Assembly (NCBI GenBank): GCA_040954595.2
Contig: CM082594.2
Coordinates: forward strand, 762,247-826,246
DNA from: Balanoglossus misakiensis
Taxonomy: Eukaryota; Animalia; Hemichordata
DNA: 64,000 nt
Reading direction: 5' to 3'
Shown: piece by piece, positions 14,101 to 26,626 of the stretch
How the letters are laid out: each line of letters begins with the position of its first letter
Position numbering within the stretch: the first letter of the stretch is position 1
The notes under the pieces: generated by a model
What the model was told of the DNA's origin: nothing
Seen by the model: only the letters and a program-made list of their open reading frames with translations
The model's database searches: none
Made by a program: the position numbers and the translations under genes

Positions 14101-16216
14101 GCACACTGGTAACGTTGAACAAGTCGATTTTTCTACGGCCTGGCTCGGCTAAATCTCCGTCACAATATGACAGACACTAGCGTACGTTAGCAACGGTGAT
14201 CAAGTCAGATTTTCTACGGCATGGGTTGGATAAAGCCCCGGCACTCTAGAGCAGAAACACGCGTACAGAGACCACGTTGATCAAGTCTGATCTCCTACGG
14301 CTTGGCTCGACTAAAACCCCGGCACACTATGACAGACACTAGCGTTCGTTAGCAGCGTTGATCAAGTCAGATTTCCTACGGCATGGCTTGGCTAAAGCCC
14401 TGGCACTCTAGAGCAGAAACACGCGTACAGAGACCACGTTGATCTACTCACATTTCCTTCGGCCTGGCACGGCTGATGCCCCGGCACTATATATAGGACA
14501 CAAACTGGCGTAAGTTAACAACGGTAATCACGTCGGGTTTCCTACGGCCTGGCTCAGCTGAAGCCCCGGCACTCTAGAGCAGAAACAGGCGTACATTGAC
14601 CACGTTGATCAAGTCAGATTTCCTACGGCGTGACTCGGCTGGTGCACCGGCTCTATATGACACAGACTGGCGTAAGTTATCAACGGTGATTACGTCGGAT
14701 TTCCTACGGCCTGGTTTAGCTGAAGACCCGGCACTTTAGAGCGGAAACACGCGTACATTGACCACGATGATCAAGTCAGATCTCCTACGGCCTGGCTCGA
14801 CTAATACCCCGGCACACCATTACAGACACTAGCGTTCGTTAGCAACGGTGATCAAGTCGGATTTCCTTCGGCCTGGCTCTGCAAAAGACCCGACACTCTA
14901 GTACAAAGACGTTGGCTAAGTTGGGCAAACCGAAGAGGGAAAGTCGCAGCGGGTCAACACTCGACATTTGTTCCGGTAGGACTGCATTATTGCCTGTCGA
15001 TTTATAGAGAGAGCCCGAATTTAACCAGGGCGTTTCAAACACCGACGTTTGTTGGGGGCACGGCCTACAGTACTGCCGGGTAAGCTGACATCGGCGTACC
15101 GCATATAATGTAAGGGGGGGGGGGACAGAACGGTTCAATACTACATTTATTAGATATCAGCTAATTTTGGACAATCATCTAAAATCTAAATCATTTTTTC
15201 ATATTTGGATATCTGATGATGTATGAAATTTCCATTATATGTAAAAATGGTGCTTATTATAAAACATGCACTCTGAATGAACTGATTTAATACAAGATTG
15301 CGTTTTATTCGTTTTTGCACCAAAAAGGTCATTTTTAGGCAAAACATTCTTTATATTTTTAATTCGGTGACCTGATCATATATAAACAATTGCTTGTATG
15401 TTAAACGTTTTTATGACTTTTAAAAGCAGTGACACTGGCGGCATTCATCACGAAAATAACAATTTTAGCCACAATTTGGTCAAAATGGTAAATTTTTGAA
15501 AATTACAAAAAATACCTGTTTTCTACATTTTCGGAAATCTGATGGAGTATAGAATGCTCTTCGTATGTATATATCGATACAAATTCCACAAAAGACCGTC
15601 TAATTTGGCTCACTGCAGACAAAATTGCGTTTTACCAAATTTTCCTTGAAAATGTCATTTTTAGAAAAAAAAATAAAAAAACCTTTGTTCTTCGAATTTG
15701 GTGCCCTGATCATATATGACATGTTGATTGTATGTTAAAACTCTCGACCACTCCAAAAATGCAGAGATATTGACGGAATTCAAGAAAAATAGCCATTTTG
15801 GCCATATTTTGAGAAAAATGGTAATTTTTTGAAAAATCATAAAAAATTAACTCTTTTCTTCATTTTCGGAAATATTATGGAGCATGAAGTGTCGTTCTCT
15901 TGTAAAAAGTGCTGCAAATTCCAGAAAAGGCGGTATAATTTGAATCACCCAAGACAAAATTGCAATTTTTCGACTTTTTTTCGAAAAATTGTCTTTTTTA
16001 CAAAATAAATAAGAATAAATTATTTTCTTAGTTTCAAAAGGGTAGAGACACTTTCCACACAGGTTTTTTAACATTGAATTCCCATTCATCAACTCATATT
16101 TCCTACAGCATAAGTCGGCTAAAACCCTGACACTCTAGAGCAGAAACAGTTGCACAATGGTAACGTTGAACAAGTCGATTTTTCTACGGCCTGGCTCGGC
16201 TAAATCTCCGTCACAC

Positions 16217-17549
16217 TAGTCCTGTTTCAAAATGACCTACATTACACGTCCTATACACATGTATTGCATGTTCTGATTGGTTTATCCGCTTCTCTAAGGT
16301 CCACTTGCGGCACGCTGATTGGAGGGACCTTGTAGGTTAGGTCCTATTACTATGTATTATTCATTAGATCTTGTAGGTTAGGTCTTATTACTATGCATTA
16401 TTCACTTTACAGCTCCCTGATTGGTTAACGTGTCAGTCTGGTCCCCCATGTGTTCACTGTCTCATTATACAGGACCTTGTAGGTTATGTCTTATTAATAT
16501 GTATTTATTCACCATACAGCTCCCTGATTGGTTAACGTGTCAGTCTGGTCCCCCCAGTGTTCACTGCCTCATTGTGAAATGTCCCATGTGCTTCCTGGCT
16601 AGCGTTGTGGTAACACATTATTCGGGATGTCCGCAGATCATTCATTGATTTTCTGAGAAATTGCCTGACTGATACTATCTCCAACATACACCGCACCGTG
16701 GAAAAATTAAATGATTTTTAGATGGACTTTGAAAATCTGATTAACTCATCTAAGCATTTTTGCTAACAGTTGTATATTTTTTTAATCACCCTCCTACTTC
16801 TCATCATCAATATTATTATTGTTGTTTTACTATTTTAAAGTAAATTTGTTTTGACGAAGATGTTGTGATAAGGAGCACGTTGTCCGTTTATACATTCGTA
16901 TATTGTTTTCATAAAAATTGAACTATGACGGTGCAGCTTCGTGAAAGAAGTAATGTTATTCTAAACATTTCCATTGTAAGATATTTTTGGTTTGCTCGAA
17001 TGAATAGCACACACTTCGTATTCAGCCAGGTGTTACACGAAGTGATGCGCTGAAAGGCATTACGTAACAAAACACTAGCCCATTTCAACAAACCGCCACT
17101 GGAAATAAAATACGAAATTTCTCCTGGCAATTTTTATTTCGAGTATCTAGTTCACAGTATCACATAAAATGCCATGAATAGTGAAGGAAAAGGTGAAATC
17201 CAATCATTATACGAGTGCCTTTCTTTATACACTGGGATCGAGCTTCGACAACGCGCAGGCAGCATGGCAGACAGAATACGACAACAGTATTCAGAAAGTA
17301 CAAAAAACTTTGCATAACGAGGCAGTGAAAACTGGAGACCTACACATTAACCAATCAGGGAGCTGAAAATTGAATAAATACATATTAATAAGACCTAACC
17401 TACAAGGTCTAGTGAATAATACATAATAATAAGACCTAACACATAAGGTCCCTCCAATCAGCGTGCCGCAAGTGGACCTAAGATTACCAGATGGACCAAT
17501 CACAGATGTAGGTACATATGTCATGGACCTGACTTATGAAACAGGACTA
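16217..17549. mobile_element. Non-autonomous DNA transposon (MITE-like) with long imperfect inverted termini; TAG...CTA ends suggest the Academ superfamily
   Basis: Perfect 13-bp TIR tagtcctgtttca (16217-16229) / tgaaacaggacta (17537-17549). About 220 bp of subterminal inverted homology, e.g. 'aggtccacttgcggcacgctgattggagggacctt' versus its reverse complement at ~17445-17480. It interrupts the satellite at tcaca|atatg and has no transposase ORF. The superfamily call is inference. Confidence 0.88.
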
Positions 17550-20500
17550 ATATGACAGACACTAGCGCACGTTAGCAACGGTGATCAAGTCAGATTTTCT
17601 ACGGCATGGCTGGGATAAAGCCCCGGCACTCTAGAGCAGAAACACGCGTACAGAGACCACGTTGATCAAGTCTGATCTCCTACGGCTTGGCTCGACTAAA
17701 ACCCCGGCACACTATGACAGACACTAGCGTTCGTTAGCAACGTTGATCAAGTCAGATTTCCTACGGCATGGCTTGGCTAAAGCCCTGGCACTCTAGAGCA
17801 GAAACACGCGTACCGAGACCACGTTGATCTACTCCCATTTCCTTCGGCCTGGCACAGCTGATGCCCCGGCACTATATATAGGACACAGACTGGCATAAGT
17901 TAACAACGGTAATCACGTCGGGTTTCCTACGGCCTGGCTCAGCTGAAGCCCCGGCACTCTAGAGCAGAAACAGGCGTACATTGACCACGTTGATCAAGTC
18001 AGATGTCCTACGGCGTGACTCCGCTGGTGCACCGGCTCTATATGACACAGACTGGCGTAAGTTATCAACGGTGATTACGTCGGATTTCCTACGGCCTGGT
18101 TTAGCTCAAGCCCCGGCACTTTAGAGCGGAAACACGCGTACATTGACCACGATGATCAAGTCAGATCTCCTACGGCTTGGCTCGACTAAAACCCCGGCAC
18201 ACTATGACAGACACTAGCGTTCGTTAGCAACGTTGATCAAGTCAGATTTCCTACGGCATGGCTTGGCTAAAGCCCTGGCATTCTAGAGCAGAAACACGCG
18301 TACAGAGACCACATTGATCTACTCACATTTCCTTAGGCCTGGCACGGCTGATGCCCCGCACTATATATAGGACACAGACTGGCGTAAGTTAACAACGGTA
18401 ATCACGTCGGGTTTCCTACGGCCTGGATCAGCTGAAGCCCCGGCACTCTAGAGCAGAAACAGGCGTACATTGACCACGTTGATCAAGTCAGATTTCCTAC
18501 GGCCTGGTTCGACTAAAACCCCGGCACACCATGACAGACACTAGCGTTCGTTAGCAACGGTGATCAAGTCGGATTTCCTTCGGCCTGGCTCGGCAAAAGA
18601 CCCGACCCTCTAGTACAAAGACGTTGGCTAAGTCGGGCAAACCGAAGAGGGAAAGTCACAGCGGGTCAACACTCGACATTTGTTCGGGTAGGACTGCATT
18701 ATTGCCTGTTAATTTATAGAGAAAGCCCGAATTTAACCAGGGCGCTTCAAACACCGACGTTAGTTGGGGGCACGGCCTGCAGTACTGCCGGGTAAGGTGA
18801 CATCGGCGTACCGCATATAATGTAGGGGGGGGGGGAGAAACAGAACGGTTCAATACTACATTTATCAGATATCAGCTAATTTTGGACAATCATCTAAAAT
18901 CTAAATCATCTTTTCATATTTGGATATCTGATGATGTATGAAATTTCCATTATATGTAAAAATGGTGCTGATTATAAAAATGCACTCTGAATGAGCTGAT
19001 TTAATACAAAATTGCGTTTTATTCGTTTTTGCACCAAAAAGGTCATTTTTAGGCAAAACATTCTTAATTTTTTTAATTCGGTGACCTGATCATATATAAA
19101 CAATTGCTTGTATGTTAAAAGTTTTTATGACTTTTAAAAGCAGTGACACTGGCGGCATTCAACACGAAAATAACAATTTTAGCCACAATTTGGTCAAAAT
19201 GGTAAATTTTTGAAAATTACAAAAAATACCTGTTTTCTACATTTTTGGAAATCTGATGGAGTATAGAATGCTCTTCGTATGTATATATCGATACAAATTC
19301 CACAAAAGACCGTCTAATTTGGCTCACTGCAGACAAAATTGCGTTTTACCAAATTTTCCTTGAAAATGTCATTTTTAGAAAAAAAAATAAAAAAACCTTT
19401 GTTCTTCAAATGTGGTGCCCTGATCATATATGACATGTTGATTGTATGTTAAAACTTTCGACCACTCCAAAAATGCAGAGATATTGACGGAATTCAAGAA
19501 AAAATAGCCATTTTGGCCATATTTTGACAAAAATGGTAAATTTTTAAAAAATCATAAAAAATTAACTATTTTCTTCATTTTCGGAAATATTATGGAGCAT
19601 GAAGTGTCGTTCTCTTGTAAAAAGTGCTGCAAATTCCAGAAAATGTGGTATAATTTGAATCACCCAAGACAAAATTACCATTTTCGACTTTTTTTCGAAA
19701 AATTGTCTTGTTTTACAAAATAAATAAGAATAAATTCTTTTCTTAGTTTCAAACGGGTAGAGATACTTTACACACGGGTTTTCTAACATTGAATTCCCGT
19801 TCATCAACTCAGATTTCCTACAGCACAAGTCGGCTAAAACCCTGACACTCTAGAGCAGAAACAGTTGCACACTGGTAACGTTGAACAAGTCGATTTTTCT
19901 ACGGCCTGGCTCGGCTAAATCTCCGTCACAATATGACAGACACTAGCGTTCGTTAGCAACGGTGATCAAGTCAGATTTTCTACGGCATAGCTCGGATAAA
20001 GCCCCGGCACTCTAGAGCAGAAACACGCGTACAGAGACCACGTTGATCAAGTCTGATCTCCTACGGCTTGGCTCGACTAAAACCCCGGCACACTATGACA
20101 GACACTATCGTACGTTAGCAACGGTGATCAAGTCAGATTTTCTACGGCATGGCTTGGATAAAGCCCCGGCACTCTAGAGCAGAAACACGCGTACAGAGAC
20201 CACGTTGATCTACTCACATTTCCTTCGGCCTGGCACGGCTGATGCCCCGGCACTATATATAGGACACAGACTGGCGTAAGTTAACAACGGTAATCACGTC
20301 GGGTTTCCTACGGCCTGGCTCAGCTGAAGCCCCGGCACTCTAGAGCAGAAACAGGCGTACATTGACCACGTTGATCAAGACAGATTTCCAACGGCGTGAT
20401 TCGGCTGGTGCACCGGCTCTATATGACACAGACTGGCGTAAGTTATCAACGGTGATTACGTCGGATTTCCTACGGCATGGTTTAGCTGAAGCCCCGGCAC

Positions 20501-23500
20501 TTTAGAGCGGAAACACGCGTACATTGACCACGATGATCAAGTCAGATCTCCTACGGCCTGGCTCTTCTAAAACCCCGGCACACCATGACAGACACTAGCG
20601 TTCGTTAGCAACGGTGATCAAGTCGGATTTCCTTCGGCCTGGCTCTGCAAAAGACCCGACACATTAGTACAAAGACGTTGGCTAAGTCGGGCAAACCGAA
20701 GAGGGAAAGTCACAGCGGGTCAACACTCGACATTTGTTCGGGTAGGACTGCATTATTGCCTGTCAATTTATAGAGAAAGCCCGAATTTAACCAGGGCGTT
20801 TCAAACACCGACGTTATTTGGGGGCACGGCCTGCAGTACTGCCGGGTAAGCTGACATCGGCGTACCGCATATAATGTAGGGGGGGGGGGACAGAACGGTT
20901 CAATACTACATTTATTAGATATCAGCTAATTTTGGACAATCATCTAAAATCTAAATCATTTTTTCATATTTGGATATCTGATGATGTATGAAATTTCCAA
21001 TATATGTAAAAATGGTGCTGATTATAAAAAATGCACTCTGAATGAGCTGATTTAATACAAAATTCCGTTTTATTCGTTTTTGCACCAAAAAGGTCATTTT
21101 TAGGCAAAACATTCTTTATTTTTTTAATTCGGTGGCCTGATCATATATAAGCAATTGCTTGCATGTTAAAAGTTTTTATGACTTTTAAAAGCAGTGACAC
21201 TGGCGGCATTCAACACGAAAATAACAATTTTAACCACAATTTGGTCAAAATGGTAAATTTTTGAAAATTACAAAAAATACCTGTTTTCTACATTTTCGGA
21301 AATCTGATGGAGTATAGAATGCTCTTCGTATATATATATCGATACAAATTCCACAAAAGACCGTCTAATTTGGCTCACTGCAGACAAAATTGCGTTTTAC
21401 CAAATTTTCCTTGAAAATGTCATTTTTAGAAAAATAAAATAAAAAAACCTTCGTTCTTCGAATTTGGTGCCCTGATCATATATGACATGTTGATTGTATG
21501 TTAAAACTTTCGACCACTCCAAAAATGCAGAGATATTGACGGAATTCAAGAAAAAATAGCCATTTTGGCCATATTTTGACAAAATGGTACATTTTTGAAA
21601 AATCATAAAAAATTAACTCTTTTCTTCATTTTCAGAAATATTATGGAGCATGAAGTGTCGTTCTCTTGTAAAAAGTGCTGCAAATTCCAGAAAAGGTGGT
21701 ATAATTTGAATCACCCATGACAAAATTGCAATTTTTCGACTTTTTTTCGAAAAATTGTCTTTTTTACAAAATAAATAAGAATAAATTCTTTTCTTAGTTT
21801 CAAACGAGTAGAGATACTTTCCACACGGGTTTTCTAACATTGAATTCCCGTTCATCAACTCAGATTTCCTACAGCATAAGTCGGCTAAAACCCTGACACT
21901 CTAGAGCAGAAACAGTTGCACACTGGTAACGTTGAACAAGTCGATTTTTCTACGGCCTGGCTCGGCTAAATCTCCGTCACAATATGACAGACACTAGCGT
22001 ACGTTAGCAACGGTGATCAAGTCAGATTTTCTACGGCATAGCTCGGATAAAACCCCGGCACTCTAGAGCAGAAACACGCGTACAGAGACCACGTTGATCA
22101 AGTCTGATCTCCTACGGCTTGGCTCGACTAAAACCCCGGCACACTATGACAGACACTAGCGTTCGTTAGCAACGTTGATCAAGTCAGATTTCCTACGGCA
22201 TGGCTTGGCTAAAGCCCTGGCACTCTAGAGCAGAAACACGCGTACAGAGACCACGTTGATCTACTCACATTTCCTTCGGCCTGGCACGGCTGATGCCCCG
22301 GCACTATATATAGGACACAAACTGGCGTAAGTTAACAACGGTAATCACGTCGGGTTTCCTACGGCCTGGCTCAGCTGAAGCCCCGGCACTCTAGAGCAGA
22401 AACAGGCGTACATTGACCACGTTGATCAAGTCAGATTTCCTACGGCGTGACTCGGCTGGTGCACCGGCTCTATATGACACAGACTGGCGTAAGTTATCAA
22501 CGGTGATTACGTCGGATTTCCTACGGCCTGGTTTAGCTGAAGCCCCGGCACTTTAGAGCGGAAACACGCGTACATTGACCACGATGATCAAGTCAGATCT
22601 CGTACGGCCTGGCTCGACTAAAACCCCGGCACACCATGACAGACACTAGCGTTCGTTAGCAACGGTGATCAAGTCGGATTTCCTTCGGCCTGGCTCTGCA
22701 AAAGACCCGACACATCAGTACAAAGACGTTGGCTAAGTCGGGCAAACCGAAGAGGGAAAGTCACAGCGGGTCAACACTCGACATTTGTTCGGGTAGGACT
22801 GCATTATTGCCTGTCAATTTATAGAGAAAGCCCGAATTTAACCAGGGCGTTTCAAACACCGACGTTATTTGGGGGCACGGCCTGCTGTACTGCCGGGTAA
22901 GCTGACATCGGCGTACCGCATATAATGTAGGGGGGGGACAGAACGGTTCAATACTACATTTATTAGATATCAGCTAATTTTGGACAATCATCTAAAATCT
23001 AAATCATTTTTTCATATTTGGATATCTGATGATGTATGAAATTTCCAATATATGTAAAAATGGTGCTGATTATAAAAAATGCACTCTGAATGAGCTGATT
23101 TAATACAAAATTCCGTTTTATTCGTTTTTGCACCAAAAAGGTCATTTTTAGGCAAAACATTCTTTATTTTTTTAATTCGGTGGCCTGATCATATATAAGC
23201 AATTGCTTACATGTTAAAAGTTTTTATGACTTTTAAAAGCAGTGACACTGGCGGCATTCAACACGAAAATAACAATTTTAACCACAATTTGGTCAAAATG
23301 GTAAATTTTTGAAAATTACAAAAAATACCTGTTTTCTACATTTTCGGAAATCTGATGGAGTATAGAATGCTCTTCGTATATATATATCGATACAAATTCC
23401 ACAAAAGACCGTCTAATTTGGCTCACTGCAGACAAAATTGCGTTTTACCAAATTTTCCTTGAAAATGTCATTTTTAGAAAAATAAAATAAAAAAACCTTC

Positions 23501-26500
23501 GTTCTTCGAATTTGGTGCCCTGATCATATATGACATGTTGATTGTATGTTAAAACTTTCGACCACTCCAAAAATGCAGAGATATTGACGGAATTCAAGAA
23601 AAAATAGCCATTTTGGCCATATTTTGACAAAATGGTACATTTTTGAAAAATCATAAAAAATTAACTCTTTTCTTCATTTTCGGAAATATTATGGAGCATG
23701 AAGTGTCGTTCTCTTGTAAAAAGTGCTGCAAATTCCAGAAAAGGCGGTATAATTTGAATCACCCAAGACAAAATTGCAATTTTTCGACTTTTTTTCGAAA
23801 AATTGTCTTTTTTACAAAATAAATAAGAATAAATTCTTTTCTTAGTTTCAAACGGGTAGAGATACTTTCCACACGGGTTTTCTAACATTGAATTCCCGTT
23901 CATCAACTCAGATTTCCTACAGCATAAGTCGGCTAAAACCCTGACACTCTAGAGCAGAAACAGTTGCACACTGGTAACGTTGAACAAGTCGATTTTTCTA
24001 CGGCCTGGCTCGGCTAAATCTCCGTCACAATATGACAGACACTAGCGTACGTTAGCAACGGTGATCAAGTCAGATTTTCTACGGCATGGGTTGGATAAAG
24101 CCCCGGCACTCTAGAGCAGAAACACGCGAACAGAGACCACGTTGATCAAGTCTGATCTCCTACGGCTTGGCTCGACTAAAACCCCGGCACACTATGACAG
24201 ACACTAGCGTTCGTTAGCAACGTTGATCAAGTCAGATTTCCTACGGCATGGCTTGGCTAAAGCCCTGGCACTCTAGAGCAGAAACACGCGTACAGAGACC
24301 ACGTTGATCTACTCACATTTCCTTCGGCCTGGCACGGCTGATGCCCCGGCACTATATATAGGACACAAACTGGCGTAAGTTAACAACGGTAATCACGTCG
24401 GGTTTCCTACGGCCTGGCTCAGCTGAAGCCCCGGCACTCTAGAGCAGAAACAGGCGTACATTGACCACGTTGATCAAGTCAGATTTCCTACGGCGTGACT
24501 CGGCTGGTGCACCGGCTCTATATGACACAGACTGGCGTAAGTTATCAACGGTGATTACGTCGGATTTCCTACGGCCTGGTTTAGCTGAAGCCCCGGCACT
24601 TTAGAGCGGAAACACGCGTACATTGACCACGATGATCAAGTCAGATCTCCTACGGCCTGGCTCGACTAAAACCCCGGCACACCATGACAGACACTAGCGT
24701 TCGTTAGCAACGGTGATCAAGTCGGATTTCCTTCGGCCTGGCTCTGCAAAAGACCCGACACTCTAGTACAAAGACGTTGGCTAAGTTGGGCAAACCGAAG
24801 AGGGAAAGTCGCAGCGGGTCAACACTCGACATTTGTTCCGGTAGGACTGCATTATTGCCTGTCGATTTATAGAGAGAGCCCGAATTTAACCAGGGCGTTT
24901 CAAACACCGACGTTTGTTGGGGGCACGGCCTACAGTACTGCCGGGTAAGCTGACATCGGCGTACCGCATATAATGTAAGGGGGGGGGGGACAGAACGGTT
25001 CAATACTACATTTATTAGATATCAGCTAATTTTGGACAATCATCTAAAATCTAAATCATTTTTTCATATTTGGATATCTGATGATGTATGAAATTTCCAT
25101 TATATGTAAAAATGGTGCTTATTATAAAACATGCACTCTGAATGAACTGATTTAATACAAGATTGCGTTTTATTCGTTTTTGCACCAAAAAGGTCATTTT
25201 TAGGCAAAACATTCTTTATATTTTTAATTCGGTGACCTGATCATATATAAACAATTGCTTGTGTGTTAAAAGTTTTTATGGCTTTTAAAATCAGTGACAC
25301 TGGCGGCATTCATCATGAAAATAACAATTTTAGCCACAATTTGGTCAAAATGGTAAATTTTTGAAAATTACAAAAAATACCTGTTTTCTACATTTTCGGA
25401 AATCTGATGGAGTATAGAATGCTCTTCGTATGTATATATCGATACAAATTCCACAAAAGACCGTCTAATTTGGCTCACTGCAGACAAAATTGCGTTTTAC
25501 CAAATTTTCCTTGAAAATGTCATTTTTAGAAAAAAAAATAGAAAAACCTTTGTTCTTCGAATTTGGTGCCCTGATCATATATGACATGTTGATTGTATGT
25601 TAAAACTCTCGACCACTCCAAAAATGCAGAGATATTGACGGAATTCAAGAAAAATAGCCATTTTGGCCATATTTTGACAAAAATGGTAAATTTTTGAAAA
25701 ATCATAAAAAATTAACTCTTTTCTTCATTTTCGGAAATATTATGGAGCATGAAGTGTCGTTCTCTTGTAAAAAGTGCTGCAAATTCCAGAAAAGGCGGTA
25801 TAATTTGAATCACCCAAGACAAAATTGCAATTTTTCGACTTTTTTTCGAAAAATTGTCTTTTTTACAAAATAAATAAGAATAAATTCTTTTCTTAGTTTC
25901 AAAACGGGTAGAGATACTTTCCACACGGGTTTTCTAACATTGAATTCCCGTTCATCAACTCAGATTTCCTACAGCATAAGTCGGCTAAAACCCTGACACT
26001 CTAGAGCAGAAACAGTTGCACACTGGTAACGTTGAACAAGTCGATTTTTCTACGGCCTCGCTCGGCTAAATCTCCGTCACAATATGACAGACACTAGCGT
26101 ACGTTAGCAACGGTGATCAAGTCAGATTTTCTACGGCATGGCTTGGATAAAGCCCCGCACTCTAGAGCAGAAACACGCGTACAGAGACCACGTTGATCAA
26201 GTCTGATCTCCTACGGCTTGGCTCGACTAAAACCCCGGCACACTATGACAGACACTAGCGTTCGTTAGCAACGTTGATCAAGTCAGATTTCCTACGGCAT
26301 GGCTTGGCTAAAGCCCTGGCACTCTAGAGCAGAAACAGGCGTACATTGACCACGTTGATCAAGTCAGATTTCCTACGGCGTGACTCGGCTGGTGCACCGG
26401 CTCTATATGACACAGACTGGCGTAAGTTATCAACGGTGATTACGTCGGATTTCCTACGGCCTGGTTTAGCTGAAGCCCCGGCACTTTAGAGCGGAAACAC

Positions 26501-26626
26501 GTGTACATTGACCACGATGATCAAGTCAGATCTCCTACGGCCTGGCTCGACTAAAACCCCGGCACACCATGACAGACACTAGCGTTCGTTAGCAACGGTG
26601 ATCAAGTCGGATTTCCTTCGGCCTGG

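Noticed and set aside
16214-16222. CACTA terminus suggesting EnSpm/CACTA
   Set aside because: The leading 'ca' belongs to the satellite flank and the right end lacks TAGTG. The true TIR begins at TAG.
16421-17524. ORFs inside the 1.33-kb element as a transposase
   Set aside because: All are under 80 aa, several overlap the terminal repeats, and none shows DDE or other recognisable motifs.
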